A DNA stretch of 64,000 bases from Eledone cirrhosa (Eukaryota): assembly GCA_964016885.1 (NCBI GenBank), contig OZ024741.1, positions 329,964,001-330,028,000 on the forward strand, in the 5' to 3' direction. The position numbers and the translations under genes are program-made. Within the stretch, counting starts at the first letter, position 1; every line of letters begins with the position of its first letter. Below the pieces are notes generated by a model. The model ran no database searches and had not been told where the DNA came from. It saw only the letters and a list, made by a program, of their open reading frames with translations. This document shows, one piece after another, positions 12,409 through 25,394 of the stretch.

Positions 12409-14469
12409 TAGGCAACAATTAGTGTTGCAGATTGGGCAATTGGCTAGGGTGCATCCGTTATCTTCACTGGGGGGTTGTTTTGTGGATAGGCATCTCCACA
12501 GGGAAGGTCCCGAGTAAGCTAGCCGGATATTGGGTATCTTTCTCCTGATGGCTTTGCGTATTGGATTGGTGATTTCCTCACTGTGGTGTGGGATCTTGAG
12601 GAAGCAACTATTGTTTGCGTTGGTCCGGTCTCTGGGTCTGGTGTTTTGCCATGGGTTGGAGAAGGAAGCTGGGTAGCCATTGATCTCTAACACCCTGTGG
12701 GATTGTCTGATATAGGTGGCTCTATTTGTAATGTCGCTTGCATATGCAAGCCATTTTGTTAAAGATGTACCCTCTTTTAGAACTGTTGGGAGGGCACATC
12801 TAGGCTGAAGGCGTACCTGTTGGATTTGATGGTGTCAAGTTCAAGTTGGTTGAGTTACTGGATGACTTCATCCGAGCTGTAGATGTGGCCCGGGAAGTTT
12901 GTTAAGAAGGGCTTTAAAATCTTGGACAAAAGCCAAGAGGTTTTGTATGATGGTCCTTCAACACTGGAAACAATGGATCTGATTTTCAAGTCCTTCTTTG
13001 TGGGTTTTGATCAGGTGGTAAAAGTTGGGCATCCTGCTGTTTTCTCGTTATGTACTGGAATCTCTTCGAGAGCCTTCGTCAGTCACAGATGTTGGTCCAA
13101 GTGGTATTGATCCAGTTCTCTATCAGCGCGGGTGTAATTTTGGTGACTTCCGAGTTGAAACTGTCATCATTGAGATGTTGGTAGGCTTGGCTGGTAATAA
13201 CATAAAACTCTTTTCCTTTGTCCAAAGGGAGGTACACGAGGTTCTTAGATCTGAGGTTGCTTAGGGTAGCGAGTTGTGATCTGGAGAGGTTGTGTTGAGT
13301 ATGTGTGTGTTTTTGTAGAATGTTAGATATGGTAAATTTTAACCATGAGAGTTTAATCTCGAGATCATGGTTGGCAGGTGGAGGGTGGAATAAGTTGTTG
13401 AGATGGTAGGTGTGAAATTTTGAGTTCATTGTGAAAGTCTCGGAAGTGTCGATGAAAGACTTGAGCTTGTAGGCGGCTCTGTAGAAATTGGCCTCAATGT
13501 TGAGTTTGAGCCTGTCATTGAGTTGTTGCGTCAGCATGAACTTGGGTGTGAGGCAGAGGCGTTGCAGTTCATCATTGGAAAGAGACCTGAATAGATCAGT
13601 GATGGGGTGTAGGTTGTCATTGATCTGCGGGTCAAGGATGGTGGTATTCATAGAGTCGGTGGGGTTAGTGTTGTCATGTTTCTGGTGGTCAACCTGTTGG
13701 ATTTTTACTCCGTTAATGTAGGTGATGTGGCAAGGAGAAGTGTTGTACTCACACTTAACACTATTCCTTGCTTTAGTTTGCTTTTTAAGGGTAGAGTTGA
13801 ATTTTCATTTGGGACGTTTTTTCTCAAATTGGACCCGGGCATGGTAGCACTGGTCGATAGCGGTTGTAGTTTTATGGAGCAGGCTATTGGGTGTTGTTCT
13901 AAGTAATGGCTCTAAGATTGTTCATATGTGTAGGTGGAGCTGGTGGTGTAAATTTCATGTAAATTTTTTTATGCAGGTGTGGTGTATATGTTTGATAAAG
14001 CCTGAAGAATTGAGGCCTCGAGGGAGGCAGATATTTCTGATGGTGTTCAGAATCACATGTTCTTCAGACAGTGTTTGGAAGCTCAACAATGAATGCAAGA
14101 TTAAAAATGTCAAGGTAATTGGTGTTATAGAGAATAAAAGGACTGAGAAAAGAGTGAGAACGGTAGAATTTTACCGTAGCAATTTTAATGATCTCAAATA
14201 TTTTCGGATTCTCAAGAGAGGATCCAAGAACAGATGCAATTATTTAGAACAACACCCGATAGCCAACTCCATAAAACTACAAACATTATCGACGAGTGCT
14301 ACCATGTCCGGGTCCAATTTGAGAAAAAAACGTCTCAAATTCAAACTCAACTGGACGCTTAAGAAACAAACTAAAGCAAGGAATAGCACTAACAGCTCAA
14401 AAAACGGGTACATCTTTCATGAAATGGATCTCATACACAACCGATGCAGTCACGTTATGAATAGAGCCA

Positions 14470-14638
14470 GTATCGGTAGAGGGTCGGACGCCATGCTTTC
14501 CAGCATAGTTACGTCCCTTTACGATCTGAGTTCAAATCCCGCCGAGGTTGACTTTGCCTTTCATCCTTACGGGGTCGATAAAATAAAGTACCAGTAATGC
14601 ACTGGGTAATTGCTGGCCTTGTGCCAAAAGTAGAAACA
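14470..14638 (+). mobile_element. Nin-domain SINE with 16-bp TSD
   Basis: TSD gttatgaatagagcca at 14454-14469 and 14639-14654; B box and Nin domain. Confidence 0.9.
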
Positions 14639-16176
14639 GTTATGAATAGAGCCACCCATATCAGACAATTCCACAGGGTATTAGAGATCAATGGCTACCC
14701 TGCTTCCTTCTCCACCCCATGGCAAAACCCTAGATCCAGAGACCGGACCAATGTAAACAATAGTCACTTCCTCAAGATCCCACATCACAGCAAGGAAACC
14801 ACCAATGCCATATGCAAAGCCATCAGGGGAGAGATACCCAGTATCTGGCTAGCTTACTTGGGTCCAACTCCCCAGTGAAGATAACAGAAGCACCCTAGCC
14901 AATTGCTCTATCTGCAACACTAATTGTTGCCTACATATCTACGTGGTATACAGGTTAGATGTAACAAGTGCAATCTATTCTACATAGGCAGCACTATTCA
15001 ACCATTACATCTCTGAATTAAAGAACATATTAACACCAACTCCTCTTCTTTCCACAAACATCATTTAACGTGGAAACTGAGACAATAACATAACCAAACT
15101 GTCTTAGCTACTGAACGCAGTATAGCCATGCTGAATATCAAAGGAGCCTTCTTGATCAAGTGACTAAAACTTGCCATCAATCATTGAATGAAAAGTAGTG
15201 TGCCAGAATGGCTAATTTAACTTATCCAACATAATTATGCCATCGTTCTGACATCCCAGCTGCCCATTCTCAGGGACATCTGAGTCCTAACAGCATGAAT
15301 ATCTGGAAGGTATTAAGGAGTATGCCTGAGACAAATAAACAAAGAAATGTCACAGATCAACTACACACATACACCTTTTACTCCCTTACCCTGAAATCTG
15401 TTCCTCACTACACATACAGACTTACACTCCACACACACACATACATATATCATACACATATTCACATTAAACTATAACGTTTTCATTCATTTATTCAAAT
15501 TAAATCTACGTTTCTCTCTACGCACACACACTTACACTCACACACACACATACATATATAATACACATATTCACACAGGTTTTTCCATTATATCATACAT
15601 ATATTTTCACATGTCTTTCCTTACTCCAACTTACACTCATGTAATTACATTTATCACACACATATTCTCACATGTCTTTCATTATGCACACACAAAACTT
15701 ATTTTACTGTTTTTTTCATACATTTAAATTAAATCTACCAGCCAAACAATAACTCATCTCCGATTACTCTTTAAATACCTATACACGGATCCTCTCTTGA
15801 GAATGGATTTTAAATCCGAAAATATTTGCAATCAACAAAATTGCTAAGGTAAAATTTTACTGTTCTCACTCTTTTCTCAGTTCTTTTATTCTCTATAACT
15901 CCTATTACCTTGGCACTTTTAATTTTGCATGCATTGTTGGGCTTCCAAATATTTAAACATATTTAAAGTTAAATGTATCATCATCATCATCATCACCGTT
16001 TGACGTCCGTTCTTCCACGCTAGCATTGTATATTTGGCAATACACTGTATGCTTAATTAAAAGCATTTTGAAGACCTTACGCTCTTGTTTTGAAGTAGTG
16101 ACTATGTCACTTACTTCTTTTTTCAACAAACAAAGGGAGATAAGCTCTCCCGATGATGATATATATATATATATAT

Positions 16177-17975
16177 CATCATCATCATCATCATCACCAT
16201 TTTACGTCCGTTCTTCCATGCTAGCATGGGTTAGACGGGTTGTCCTGTTGTGGGCAGTGTCCGGTTGGCTGACCATGCCTTGCTCATACAGGAACTGATT
16301 TTGGCTTTATTTCTACAGCTGGATCCCCTTCCTAACACCAACCTCATTTACAGTGAGTGCTGGGTGCTTTTTTCCGTGGCGCCTACACATCCACTTTACA
16401 GTGTGGGCTGGGTGCTTTTTTGCCGTGGCACCTCCACGACCACTTTGCAGTGGGAGGGTGTGGGGGCATATTGTCTATATGCTTCAGCTTCGGCTTGTAC
16501 CCACGGGGGGTCAGGTCTTCTGTATTACTGCGTGACGCCAGAGGTCACGGTCGTGTGTCATCGCCTTTGAGAGGTGTAATTGGGTAAGATCGGCTTTTAT
16601 CACCTCATCCCAGGTCTTCTTGGGTCTCCCCACTCCGCAGTTTCCATCGACTTTGAGTGCTCTGCACCTTTTTATGCAGCTGTCATCCTTCACACGCATC
16701 ACATGTCCATACCAATGCAACCGCATCTCCTGCGCACAGCATTTGATTCTTCTTATGCTCAGTCTCTCTCTCAATTCATTTATGCTTTGACTTTGCGTAT
16801 ATTACTATTACACATCCATCGGAGCATGCAGGATTTGTTTCTTTCTAATCTACGCAAGTCTTCCACAGACAGCGCCCAGGTCTCACTACCATGTAACATT
16901 GCTGTTCGTATACACACATCATACAGTCTGCCTTTCATTTTGAGGGAAAAGCCTTTTGCAGCTAGCAGTGGCAGTAGTTCCCTGAACTTCTTCCATCCCG
17001 TTCTTACCCTAGTTATTGTACTTTCCGAACACCCACCTCCACTGCTAATTCGGTCACCTAGGTAGCAGAAGCTGTCTACTGTTTCTACAGAGTCCTTCCA
17101 GAGTTTGGTGGTACTTGTTTCCTGTGGCTGTTTGCTGCTTGCTGTCTCAGCACAGCTGCTACATGTGAAGCCTACATTCTTAGTTAAGCTACCTGAGATC
17201 CCGCTACATCTCTTGTGTACCCATTGTTTGCATTTGAGGTAGAGAATAGAGTTCCTACCTACACCTTTCCTACATACTGAGCAAGGCCATTTCCCTGAGG
17301 GGATCTGGATTCTATTTTCTTGTCTACTTACAAGGACCTTAGTTTTGTCAGGTTGACTTTGAGACCCTTTCTTTCTAGTCCCTGCTTCCAAGTTTGGAAT
17401 TTTTTCTCTAGTTCTACCATAGATTCAGCTATAAGTGCAAGATAATCTGCATACAGGAGTTCCCATGGGCATCCGGTCTTAAACTCCTCCGTTATTGCCT
17501 GCAGAACTATGATGAACAGGAGAGGACTAAGAACAGAGCCCTGGTGGACACCGACCTGTACGCTAAATTCCTCGCTATAGTCATTGCTAATCCTAACTTT
17601 GCTGACTGCTCCCCTATACATAGCTTGTACAGCTTTCACAAGCCATTCATCTACTCCTAGTTTTCTAAGAGCCCACCAGATTATAGCACGGGGAACTCTG
17701 CCAAAGGCTTTCTCGAGATTGACGAATGCCAGATAGAGCAGCTTACTTTTAGCTAGGTACTTTTCCTGTAACTGCCTCACAAGGAAGAGGGCATCAGTGG
17801 TGCCTCTTTTTGGCACAAACCCAAATTGTATCTCATCTAGTTTCACCCGGTCCCTAATCAACTGTGCTATAACTCTTTCTGTTACTTTCATGACCTGGTC
17901 CATCAGCTTTATATCTCTATAGTTTCCTCTATCTAGTGCATCACCTTTACCTTTGTAGCAGTTGTCAATGATGCT
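16177..17975 (-). mobile_element. 5'-truncated RTE LINE (RT and C-terminus, frameshifted) with (GAT)n tail
   Basis: QFGF, NLEKAF, GVHQGSVLSPLLF, LLYAD and GSETW motifs; (CAT)n on + at 16177. Confidence 0.95.
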
Positions 17976-18014
17976 ATATATATGTGATATATATATATAT
18001 TTCTCTGTTTTCAG

Positions 18015-18084
18015 GTATTTGGAATCAGTTATGCATGGTCCTGCAAATTCCAATGGCGTAAGAATAGTAAAACTACAAGCCGCA
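18015..18084 (+). CDS. Host gene exon 2 (VFGISYAWSCKFQWRKNSKTTSR)
   Basis: Acceptor ttctctgttttcAG, donor GTAAGC, 70 nt, phase 0-1; carries the signal-cleavage site SYA|W and a PAN-like CxF start. Confidence 0.75.
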
Positions 18085-18499
18085 GTAAGCTGACTACTTT
18101 TTTACAATGAAGAGACATTACCCCAGTATCCCACTGGTATTGGGATTATTTGTGTTGTTTAATGAATTTATTGTATGGTGGGTGGAATCATGGTAACCAT
18201 TGAAGGAATACATACACATGGCTAAGTGATTGATGTGTTGGGCTCACAATCGCAGGGTCGTACGTTTGAGTGATAAAAACTGTATTTTATTACGAAAGTC
18301 CATTAGGATATTTGTTTGGCAACCAGTTACAGACACTCCCTTATCACTCTTGCCATCAGAATTGAAAGAAACATGTGATTGGCCCACAAGAAACATAAAA
18401 CAATCGTGAAAAGAGATGAAGAGAATTAAGAAATGTAGGATTGTAGGAGAGATTCAGTGTGGACTACCTTTAGAACTTGGTGATGTGTGGTTGACTCTG

Positions 18500-19020
18500 T
18501 GTGATATAGGCTAGGTAGTGTAGCGTGTTGGAAAAATCCTTAGCAGCACATAAATTTATAGTGGTTATAGACCACAGGCCACTAGTCAATGTACAGAATC
18601 TTCAATCTGGAAATGACATCACTGGATGCAGTGAGGGTTGGTCAATTGAACTTGGCACATGACTTTGAAATCATTTATAGAAGTGGAAATAGACATACAA
18701 ATCCTGATGCACTATCAAGAAAACAGTGCAAGAAAACAGGTGCTCATTTAGAAACTATAGCATTGGCATTTGATGACTCTGAAAATAAGAATGGTTATTT
18801 TCCGAAGAACAGATGAGGTCAACACAGCGCAATGATGTTTATATTTAAAAGATTATACAGTGGAAGAATCAGAGTAGTAAACGACCCCTGAGATCACTGG
18901 TGTTAGTAAGGCTGTGAAATGTATCTCAACACAGTGGTATCAAATGGAAATGCATCAGGGAATTTTGTATCATAGATTTGGTGTCCATCAAGGTTTATAT
19001 TCATGGAATCAGGTGGTCCA
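18500..19020 (+). mobile_element. Highly degraded Gypsy RNase H/integrase remnant
   Basis: VIDHRPL and HDFEIIYRSGNRHTNPDALSR motifs. Confidence 0.7.
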
Positions 19021-19044
19021 AAAATGTTACTAAAAAAAATTGAT

Positions 19045-20086
19045 GGTTCAAGAACTGGTGCTCATCTAGAAGTTGTTGACAGCTTTCACTACCTAGGTGA
19101 TCAAATTAGCAATTGGGGACAATGCTCTAAAATGTGATAACTAGGATAAGAACAGACTGGAAGAAGTTTAGAGATCTATTACCATTGCTAACAATAAAAT
19201 GCTTTTCTCTCAGATGAAGGGTAGACTGTATGATGCTTGTGCATGAACTGCAATGTTTCATGGCTGTGAAACATGGGCCTTAACTGCAGAAAACCTGTGG
19301 AGGCTAGAAAGAAATGAGTCGAGTATGCTCTGGGGGGTGTGTAATGTTAGTGTGTATGAGTGATATAGTATAAGCAAGCTGGGAGAAAAACTTAGCATAA
19401 GAGGAATTGGATGTAGTGTGCAAGAGAGTTTGGTTTGGCCATGTGATGCGCATAGAAGATGGCAGCTGCATAAAGAAATGCAGAGAAACCCCAGTTGCTG
19501 GACCTATGGGAGAGGTAGACCAAAGGAGACATGGGTTGAGGTTGTGAAGACTGACCTTAAAAAACTAAACTTCACAACAGAAATGACTAGACGGTGCTGA
19601 AGAAGACTTGACTTGCTCACTAACTGCTGTTCTCAACACCACTATGTCCACTCCCCACACACATTCCTAGCTGCTGCCCGTTTGGGAAAGGGTTGATGAT
19701 GGGAAGGGAATCCAGTGGAGGGCTTGCCAAACAAAGGTTCAGGAGGACCCTTCAATCATGTCAAGGCATGACAGCCTTCCTGGAGTTTGGTGATCTATAC
19801 GATAAACGCACCCAGTACATGCTGTAAAATGGTTGGTGATAGGAATGGCATCCAGCCATAGAAAGCTTGACAAACAAAGGGTTGGGAAAACCTTCAATCA
19901 TGTCAAGGATATGACAGCCTTCCTGGTGTTGGTGATATACACGACAAATGCACTCAGTACATGCTGTAAAGTGGTTGATGATAGGAAGGGCATCCAGCCA
20001 TAGACATCAGTAGCCACCGCTTCAGTGCAGACTTGGTCTATGTGGACCCATCCAACCCTTGCTAGCAAGGAAAGCAGATGTTAAAC

Positions 20087-20122
<36 letters not shown>
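19045..20122 (+). mobile_element. Old RTE LINE 3' part, with about 125-bp repeats in the 3' UTR and a (GAT)n tail
   Basis: VDSF.YLGD, GCETWAL and RGRPKETW remnants; (GAT)n at about 20087-20122. Confidence 0.85.
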
Positions 20123-20123
<1 letters not shown>

Positions 20124-20419
20124 GTGTGATGGTCAGTTGAAAATGTAAAAAAGTCTGATCTTCTTGTGTTCTTTACTAGCTATGAATGTCTGTTGAAAAC
20201 TTCATAGGCTAACTATGAAGGAGTGATGCTAGAGCTGTGAAATTTTGCATGCATTAATTTCAACTCTTACAAATAACTGTATTGTTTCTTTCCAAGGACT
20301 ATGTTGAAAAATAAACCTCAATTAGTCATTCCATGAGAGTATCTTGGTCAGCCTATGAACTTTTAACCGACCATTGTAATTATTATCCATATTATTGCTA
20401 ATTTTTTTTTTCTTTCTAG

Positions 20420-20665
20420 AAATCTTCAATGCATTTCTAAAGAAAAATATCACTGGATTGAATTACTTAGATAAGAAAAACTTTAATTTATATTCGTGTA
20501 AAACGAAATGCACCGACGATAATTTATGTAAATGTTTCTACTACTGAACCGATAATCATTCCTGCAGTATAATGTCTCAGAGTATTTGTGATAAGATTTT
20601 GAATTCGAGCTTACCAGATATAAACAATACCTTTACTGTATTGACGGTTTACCATGGAAAGAAGG
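20420..20665 (+). CDS. Host gene exon 3, PAN/Apple-like module; in-frame TGA at 20545-20547
   Basis: Acceptor tttttctttctAG, donor G|GTAAAT, 246 nt, phase 1-1; reads CKTKCTDDNLCKCFYY*TDNHSCSIMSQSIC. Confidence 0.75.
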
Positions 20666-20869
20666 GTAAATAAATTATTTATCTATTTATTTGTTTCTTT
20701 CTTACCCTTTTCTTTTTTCTTTTTCTTTCTCTCCTCATATGTTTCAGTCATCTTTCCATACAATTTCTTCTTTCTTTCCTTTTTCCTTTCCATTTCATTC
20801 GTTTTTCTTTCTTTTCTTTTCTTCCTTTTAGTAGTTTGGTGCACTCTGCAATAGCTCACTGCAAATGTC

Positions 20870-22130
20870 TGTCTATCTTTGATTTCAGACAGCCTGTCCA
20901 CTGAATTTTCCCCTATTCAGCTAGGGGTGGGTACCATGCTGGGTTGTGAGGCTGCCACTCACACCACCAGGGCATTTACCAACTTGCTTTCTGAAACCTC
21001 CAAGGTTTTCCTCAAGCTAGATCTCAGGAATGCCTTCAAATCCATCAGTCAAGATGTCATCTTCCGTTCAATTAAGGAGAGAGCCCCTCAGCTTTACCAC
21101 TTTGCTTGGCAAGCCTATTGGGATCCCTACTACTTTACCTTCGGCGACCATTTCCTACTATCTGCTACAGGGGTCCAACAGGGTGGCCCATACAGACCTG
21201 CACTTTTTTGCACTGGGCATTAATGACATCACCAAGATGGGAATTGACCTGGATCCGAATGTCTGGTATCTGGATGATGCTTGTTTGGGGGTTTCTCCAG
21301 ACAAGGTCCTTTCAACCACGAAGGTGATGATTGAGGAGCTGGATACTCAACCACCAAGCTTCACATCAGCAGACTGTTGACCTGTTCACAAAGTCCTTCG
21401 CCTCCATCGCGGTTCCTTGCCCTTCAGCATGGTGCTCCCTTGAATCCCCACTTACTGACCAAGCCTTCGAGTCCATCTTTCGATTTAAGTTGGCTAAGCA
21501 CGAGCAACTTTAAAAAAAAATTTTTTTTATACTTAGGAATTATTTGTCAACCCTAAGTTGTTAATTTCTTCAGAGATAGTCCCTCTTACAAATTCTCATC
21601 ATCTCTCCAATGCTTTGACAACCTCACATTCAGTGAGCTTGAGGGTTTGATCAATGTCTCACTCTCTCTAGAGTCTCGCGCCCAAGCTAGCTGCCCTGCC
21701 CAAACGATTTGGAGGTCTTGGTCTGCGCGAATGAACATCTTTGTCTCTACCTTGATTTCTATCCTCCACCCATGCAAGCTCCTCTTTAGTAGGTGACATT
21801 CCCAACTTCCCAACTTGGACTAGTTCCACCATGGAGTTGGATGAAGCTTTGCTACAGTGGAGAGAGCTGGGTTTGTTGGTTCCCGTTACTGATGAGGATA
21901 GACGGAAGCAGAAAGCATGGGATAAGCTGTATTCAAGGAAAACTTTTAACTCCATCTTTGATCATTCTGATCAATTTTCTAGGTGCCTCTAATGGCTTGC
22001 CTTACTGAGGTGTCAGGTGATGCCCGTGGAGGTGCCTGGTTGTTTCCGTGCCTTAGCCTCGCTATCACCCATGGCAATGCTGCAAGCATATTGGCTTGCC
22101 TCAAAGTGTTTAACTAACCTTTATGATGGG
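20870..22130 (+). mobile_element. CRE-clade non-LTR retrotransposon RT fragment
   Basis: QLGVG..GCEAA.H, KLDLRNAF, GVQQG, WYLDD and QASLP motifs; frameshifted. Confidence 0.8.
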
Positions 22131-22584
22131 ATGTGTGGCCGATTGTCACAATTGGTGGTGAATTGCCCCCCTTTTTTCTTTTTTTTAATGGTTTTTTTTG
22201 TATTATATTTTATATATTTTTGTGTATTGTATTTGTTATTTGTGTTTGTATTTTATTTTTAAAAAAATTGTCAGCAATTTGTAATGTTATTTATGTATAT
22301 AATTTATAAAGTTTACATACACTCTACTTTCTTTCTATCCTTGTTTGTTTTTCTCTATCTTTTTACCTTATTTATTTTCTCCTTGTTTTCTTTCACTCCT
22401 TTCTACCCCCCCTCTCTTCCCTCTCTATTTCTATCTATCTCTGTAGCCCTCTCTCTCTCTCAGTCATATGACCCCCACTGCCTCTCCCTTCCCTCTCTCT
22501 CTATATATTTGTATATAACTAACTATCTATCGCTCTCTCTCACTCATATTACCCTCACTAACTCATTATAAACATCTCTTGCAG

Positions 22585-22818
22585 ATCTCGGGAAAAAGTT
22601 CTCTTTTGGGTCTATGACTGTGAAATATCCAAATATATCTGCCTACTTCAGTTCACAGTGCAACTGTTACAGGTTTTGCCTAGATACTATCAACTGTTGT
22701 GGCTATTCTTACCATAATAAGTGGTGTCAATTACTTTTCATGACCAATTGTTGGAACTACTCTGTCCTTGTCCTACAACCAGAAGAAAAACTTGTTCACC
22801 TAACTCATCCCATAACAT
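22585..22818 (+). CDS. Host gene exon 4, second PAN/Apple-like module
   Basis: Acceptor tctcttgcAG, donor GTAAGT, 234 nt, phase 1-1; reads CNCYRFCLDTINCCGYSYHNKWCQLLFMTNC. Confidence 0.85.
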
Positions 22819-23329
22819 GTAAGTAGTTTGTATATATATCTATATATTATGTTTAACGTAATCCTATTGTCTTATGAAACTAATTCTGCAATTAACATTT
22901 GATGAAATCGTCTATGTTTTGCTTCATGGTTGGATGATAAAGCTGGCTCATCGAAATATGTAAAGAATTTTCGCGGAATTAAAATTATAAGTAAATTTCC
23001 AGTCCAACCTTTTGTTAATGTTTTTAATGAATACTTAACTCTATTCCTGCTCCAGCCACTGGATACTACATCTACGATGGATGATTTGCATAACATTCAG
23101 TGCCTTAATTTTGTTAACACTTTATGTTAGGTTGTTTCTTAATGGGTAGAACTGGTGGTTCTGGTTAGTAAATGATGATGCAACAAAATTAAAGCACTGA
23201 ATTTTATACAAATCATATATATATATGATGCTGAGTGGGCCGTGCTAAATCTTTTATCTTTTCTTTTAAACGAGTGGCGATGGTTATACCACCTTTCTCT
23301 AAATTTAAAAGAAGTTGCACCAATATAAC

Positions 23330-23493
23330 TATCTATCTATCTATCTAAGGCGGGTAAAATTCCCGAGATCCATGGACGAGCTCTCTCCAGCGGTCTCTGT
23401 CCCTCATTATCGCTGCCATGTCCTGCGTCTCCAACAGACCAGTGTCTGTCCTTAGGGCATCAACATACGTTAACCTTGGTCTTCCTCTTCTAT
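23330..23493 (-). mobile_element. RTE-like LINE 3' end with (TAGA)n tail
   Basis: RRGRPRLTYVDAL..DTGL...DRDRWR then a stop and (ctat)n on +. Confidence 0.75.
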
Positions 23494-23964
23494 AAGAGTT
23501 ATTATTCGTTTTAACTATGCATTCATAAACTAAATTCCGATCAAGACAATTATTATTTAGTGGACAAAAATTACGATTTTTACATTTGCAATTATTTCCG
23601 TTACTATTCAAAATTCCCTCACTGTGTACGTATGTCGGTAGGTTTCTCTCATCTATGCTAATGGTATTATCATTGCTATATGAGATGATGTTTATTCTAT
23701 TAGTGATATTATGTTTACAATTGGGAGTTATCTCCCTATGTTTAATCCCTAGATTTCTATTATTAATTTTTGCTATATAGTAGTCAAGTAGGAAAGTTTA
23801 ATTGTGTGTCGTTTAAAAATTTTATTGTATTTATGTGATCTAGGAAAACATTTGGAAGAACTTTCAAACAACATTTGAATGATTCGAAGTCACAGTTCAT
23901 CTGAAACATTTGTAAGGGATTAAAAACTATTATTTGATGAAAGAAGATTGAGTTTCCTTTAATA

Positions 23965-24023
<59 letters not shown>

Positions 24024-24115
24024 AGAGAGATACATATATCATCAACATTATCATACATGAATTTAAATAGAAACAGAAGCTTCAATGTAATATTTTGACC
24101 ATATAATATAGTCTT
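23494..24115 (-). mobile_element. Degraded Penelope-like element (RT end to GIY-YIG start)
   Basis: CKCKNRNFCPLNNNCLDRNLVYEC linker/GIY-YIG; VDDICI and FLD remnants. Confidence 0.7.
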
Positions 24116-24212
24116 ATAGTGCAGCATATAAACCCACTGAACAGAACAATGATGGGTATCAGCACATATGGGATACCCATCTGTTTCCATTCAGTGGGTT
24201 TATATGCTCCAT

Positions 24213-24375
24213 TGTCGGACGCCATGCTTTACAGTACAGCTACGTCCCTTTACGGACTGAGTTCAAATCCCGCCGAGGTTAACTTTGCCTTTCATCCTTA
24301 TGAGGTCGATAAAATAAAGGACCAGTAATACACTGGGTAATTGCTGGCCTTGTGCCAAAAGTAGAAACAATTATT
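24213..24375 (+). mobile_element. Nin-domain SINE, 5'-truncated
   Basis: Near-identical to the SINE at 14470. Confidence 0.88.
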
Positions 24376-25109
24376 AGACTATATTATATAGTCAAAATAT
24401 TTTGTCGAAGCTTCTATTTCTATTTCAATTCTGAAGAAGAAAATAGATGCTTTTGTTCATTTGAACCACATATTATTCACCTAATGACGTAATTCTTCTT
24501 GCACACATTTCACTCATCCCAAGAGAATGTCTTCACATACTACCGTTATGACTTTCTATTTTCTAAAGGCGAAATTTGGTTATAATTTTTTTTAATACAT
24601 ATTCAAGGTGCCTATAAACTCTATCACTTGCAGCTGCTAAATGTACAACAAAGTTATATATGTATATATACTAAACAGAGTTAACTGGGACTGCATAAAT
24701 GTGTATATAAATTTACATATTTTGTATATTTAGAGGTATATAAAATTGTTTATCATTTCTTTTTCAAATCACAGGGAAATATGTATATTTGGCATGTTTA
24801 TATGTCTATATACTAAAAATGTGTAAATTTATATACATAGTTATGGAGTTTTGGTTACTTCATCTCTGTGTATATATTGATATAAGTTTGCTGCACACTT
24901 CAGCCAACTTAATAGGCGTAATATATATCTTAATTAGCTACCAACATAAGCACTAATAATATGCAAATTAGTACATCTATTTCGGTATATTTCTATAACT
25001 AGACAGGTCAGATGACTGTGTCTCTCTCATACATTCCATTCTGGCATGCTTTCCAATGCATTTATATGCATATATTGTCATCATGAATGACCATAGTTTT
25101 GCACTTAGA

Positions 25110-25362
25110 AATTTTCCCTCTGAGGCACAAGGCTGGACAAGGGGTGTTTGTGGAAGGCCAGCAATCTCCCCTCACGCCACCAATGTTATCCAAGTGAAAA
25201 GCAATGGCTAATACAGCTTGACAGCAGTGATGTTGCAACTCATTTCTACAGCTGAGTAGACTGGAGCAATGTGAAATAAAGTGGACACAATGCATCACCC
25301 AGTCTGAGAATCAAACTCACAACCTCCCAATAGCAAGCCCAATGCTCTAACCGCTAAGCCAT
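25110..25362 (-). mobile_element. CORE-type tRNA-derived SINE
   Basis: Minus-strand A box tggcttagcggt, B box gagtttgattc and CORE-like ttgctccagtctactcagctgtagaaatgag. Confidence 0.75.
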
Positions 25363-25394
25363 ATACCTTCACTTGTATGTGTATGTGTGTGTGT

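Larger units (their letters stand above)
10360..15950 (-). mobile_element. Penelope-like element with pseudo-LTR repeats (10360-10500 ~ 14080-14225) and an inverted partial copy (14240-15950)
   Basis: Minus-strand PLE RT remnants (LTPKF, YLPLDKG); GIY-YIG VVYRL.CNKCNLFYIGST...IKEH at about 14943-15035; 10360-12740 is the reverse complement of 14640-15950. Confidence 0.85.

Noticed and set aside
13887-14597. 236-aa ORF
   Set aside because: It crosses an antisense PLE segment, an inverted PLE piece and a SINE, so it is a chimeric reading.
20545-20547. Selenocysteine or programmed readthrough at the TGA
   Set aside because: The position does not align with a Cys of the sister module, I recognised no SECIS by eye after 32884, and the context is UGA-A rather than UGA-C. 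SECISearch would settle it.
23345-23611. GIY-YIG/RTE fusion protein
   Set aside because: An RTE tail inserted into a dead PLE; the shared frame is coincidental.
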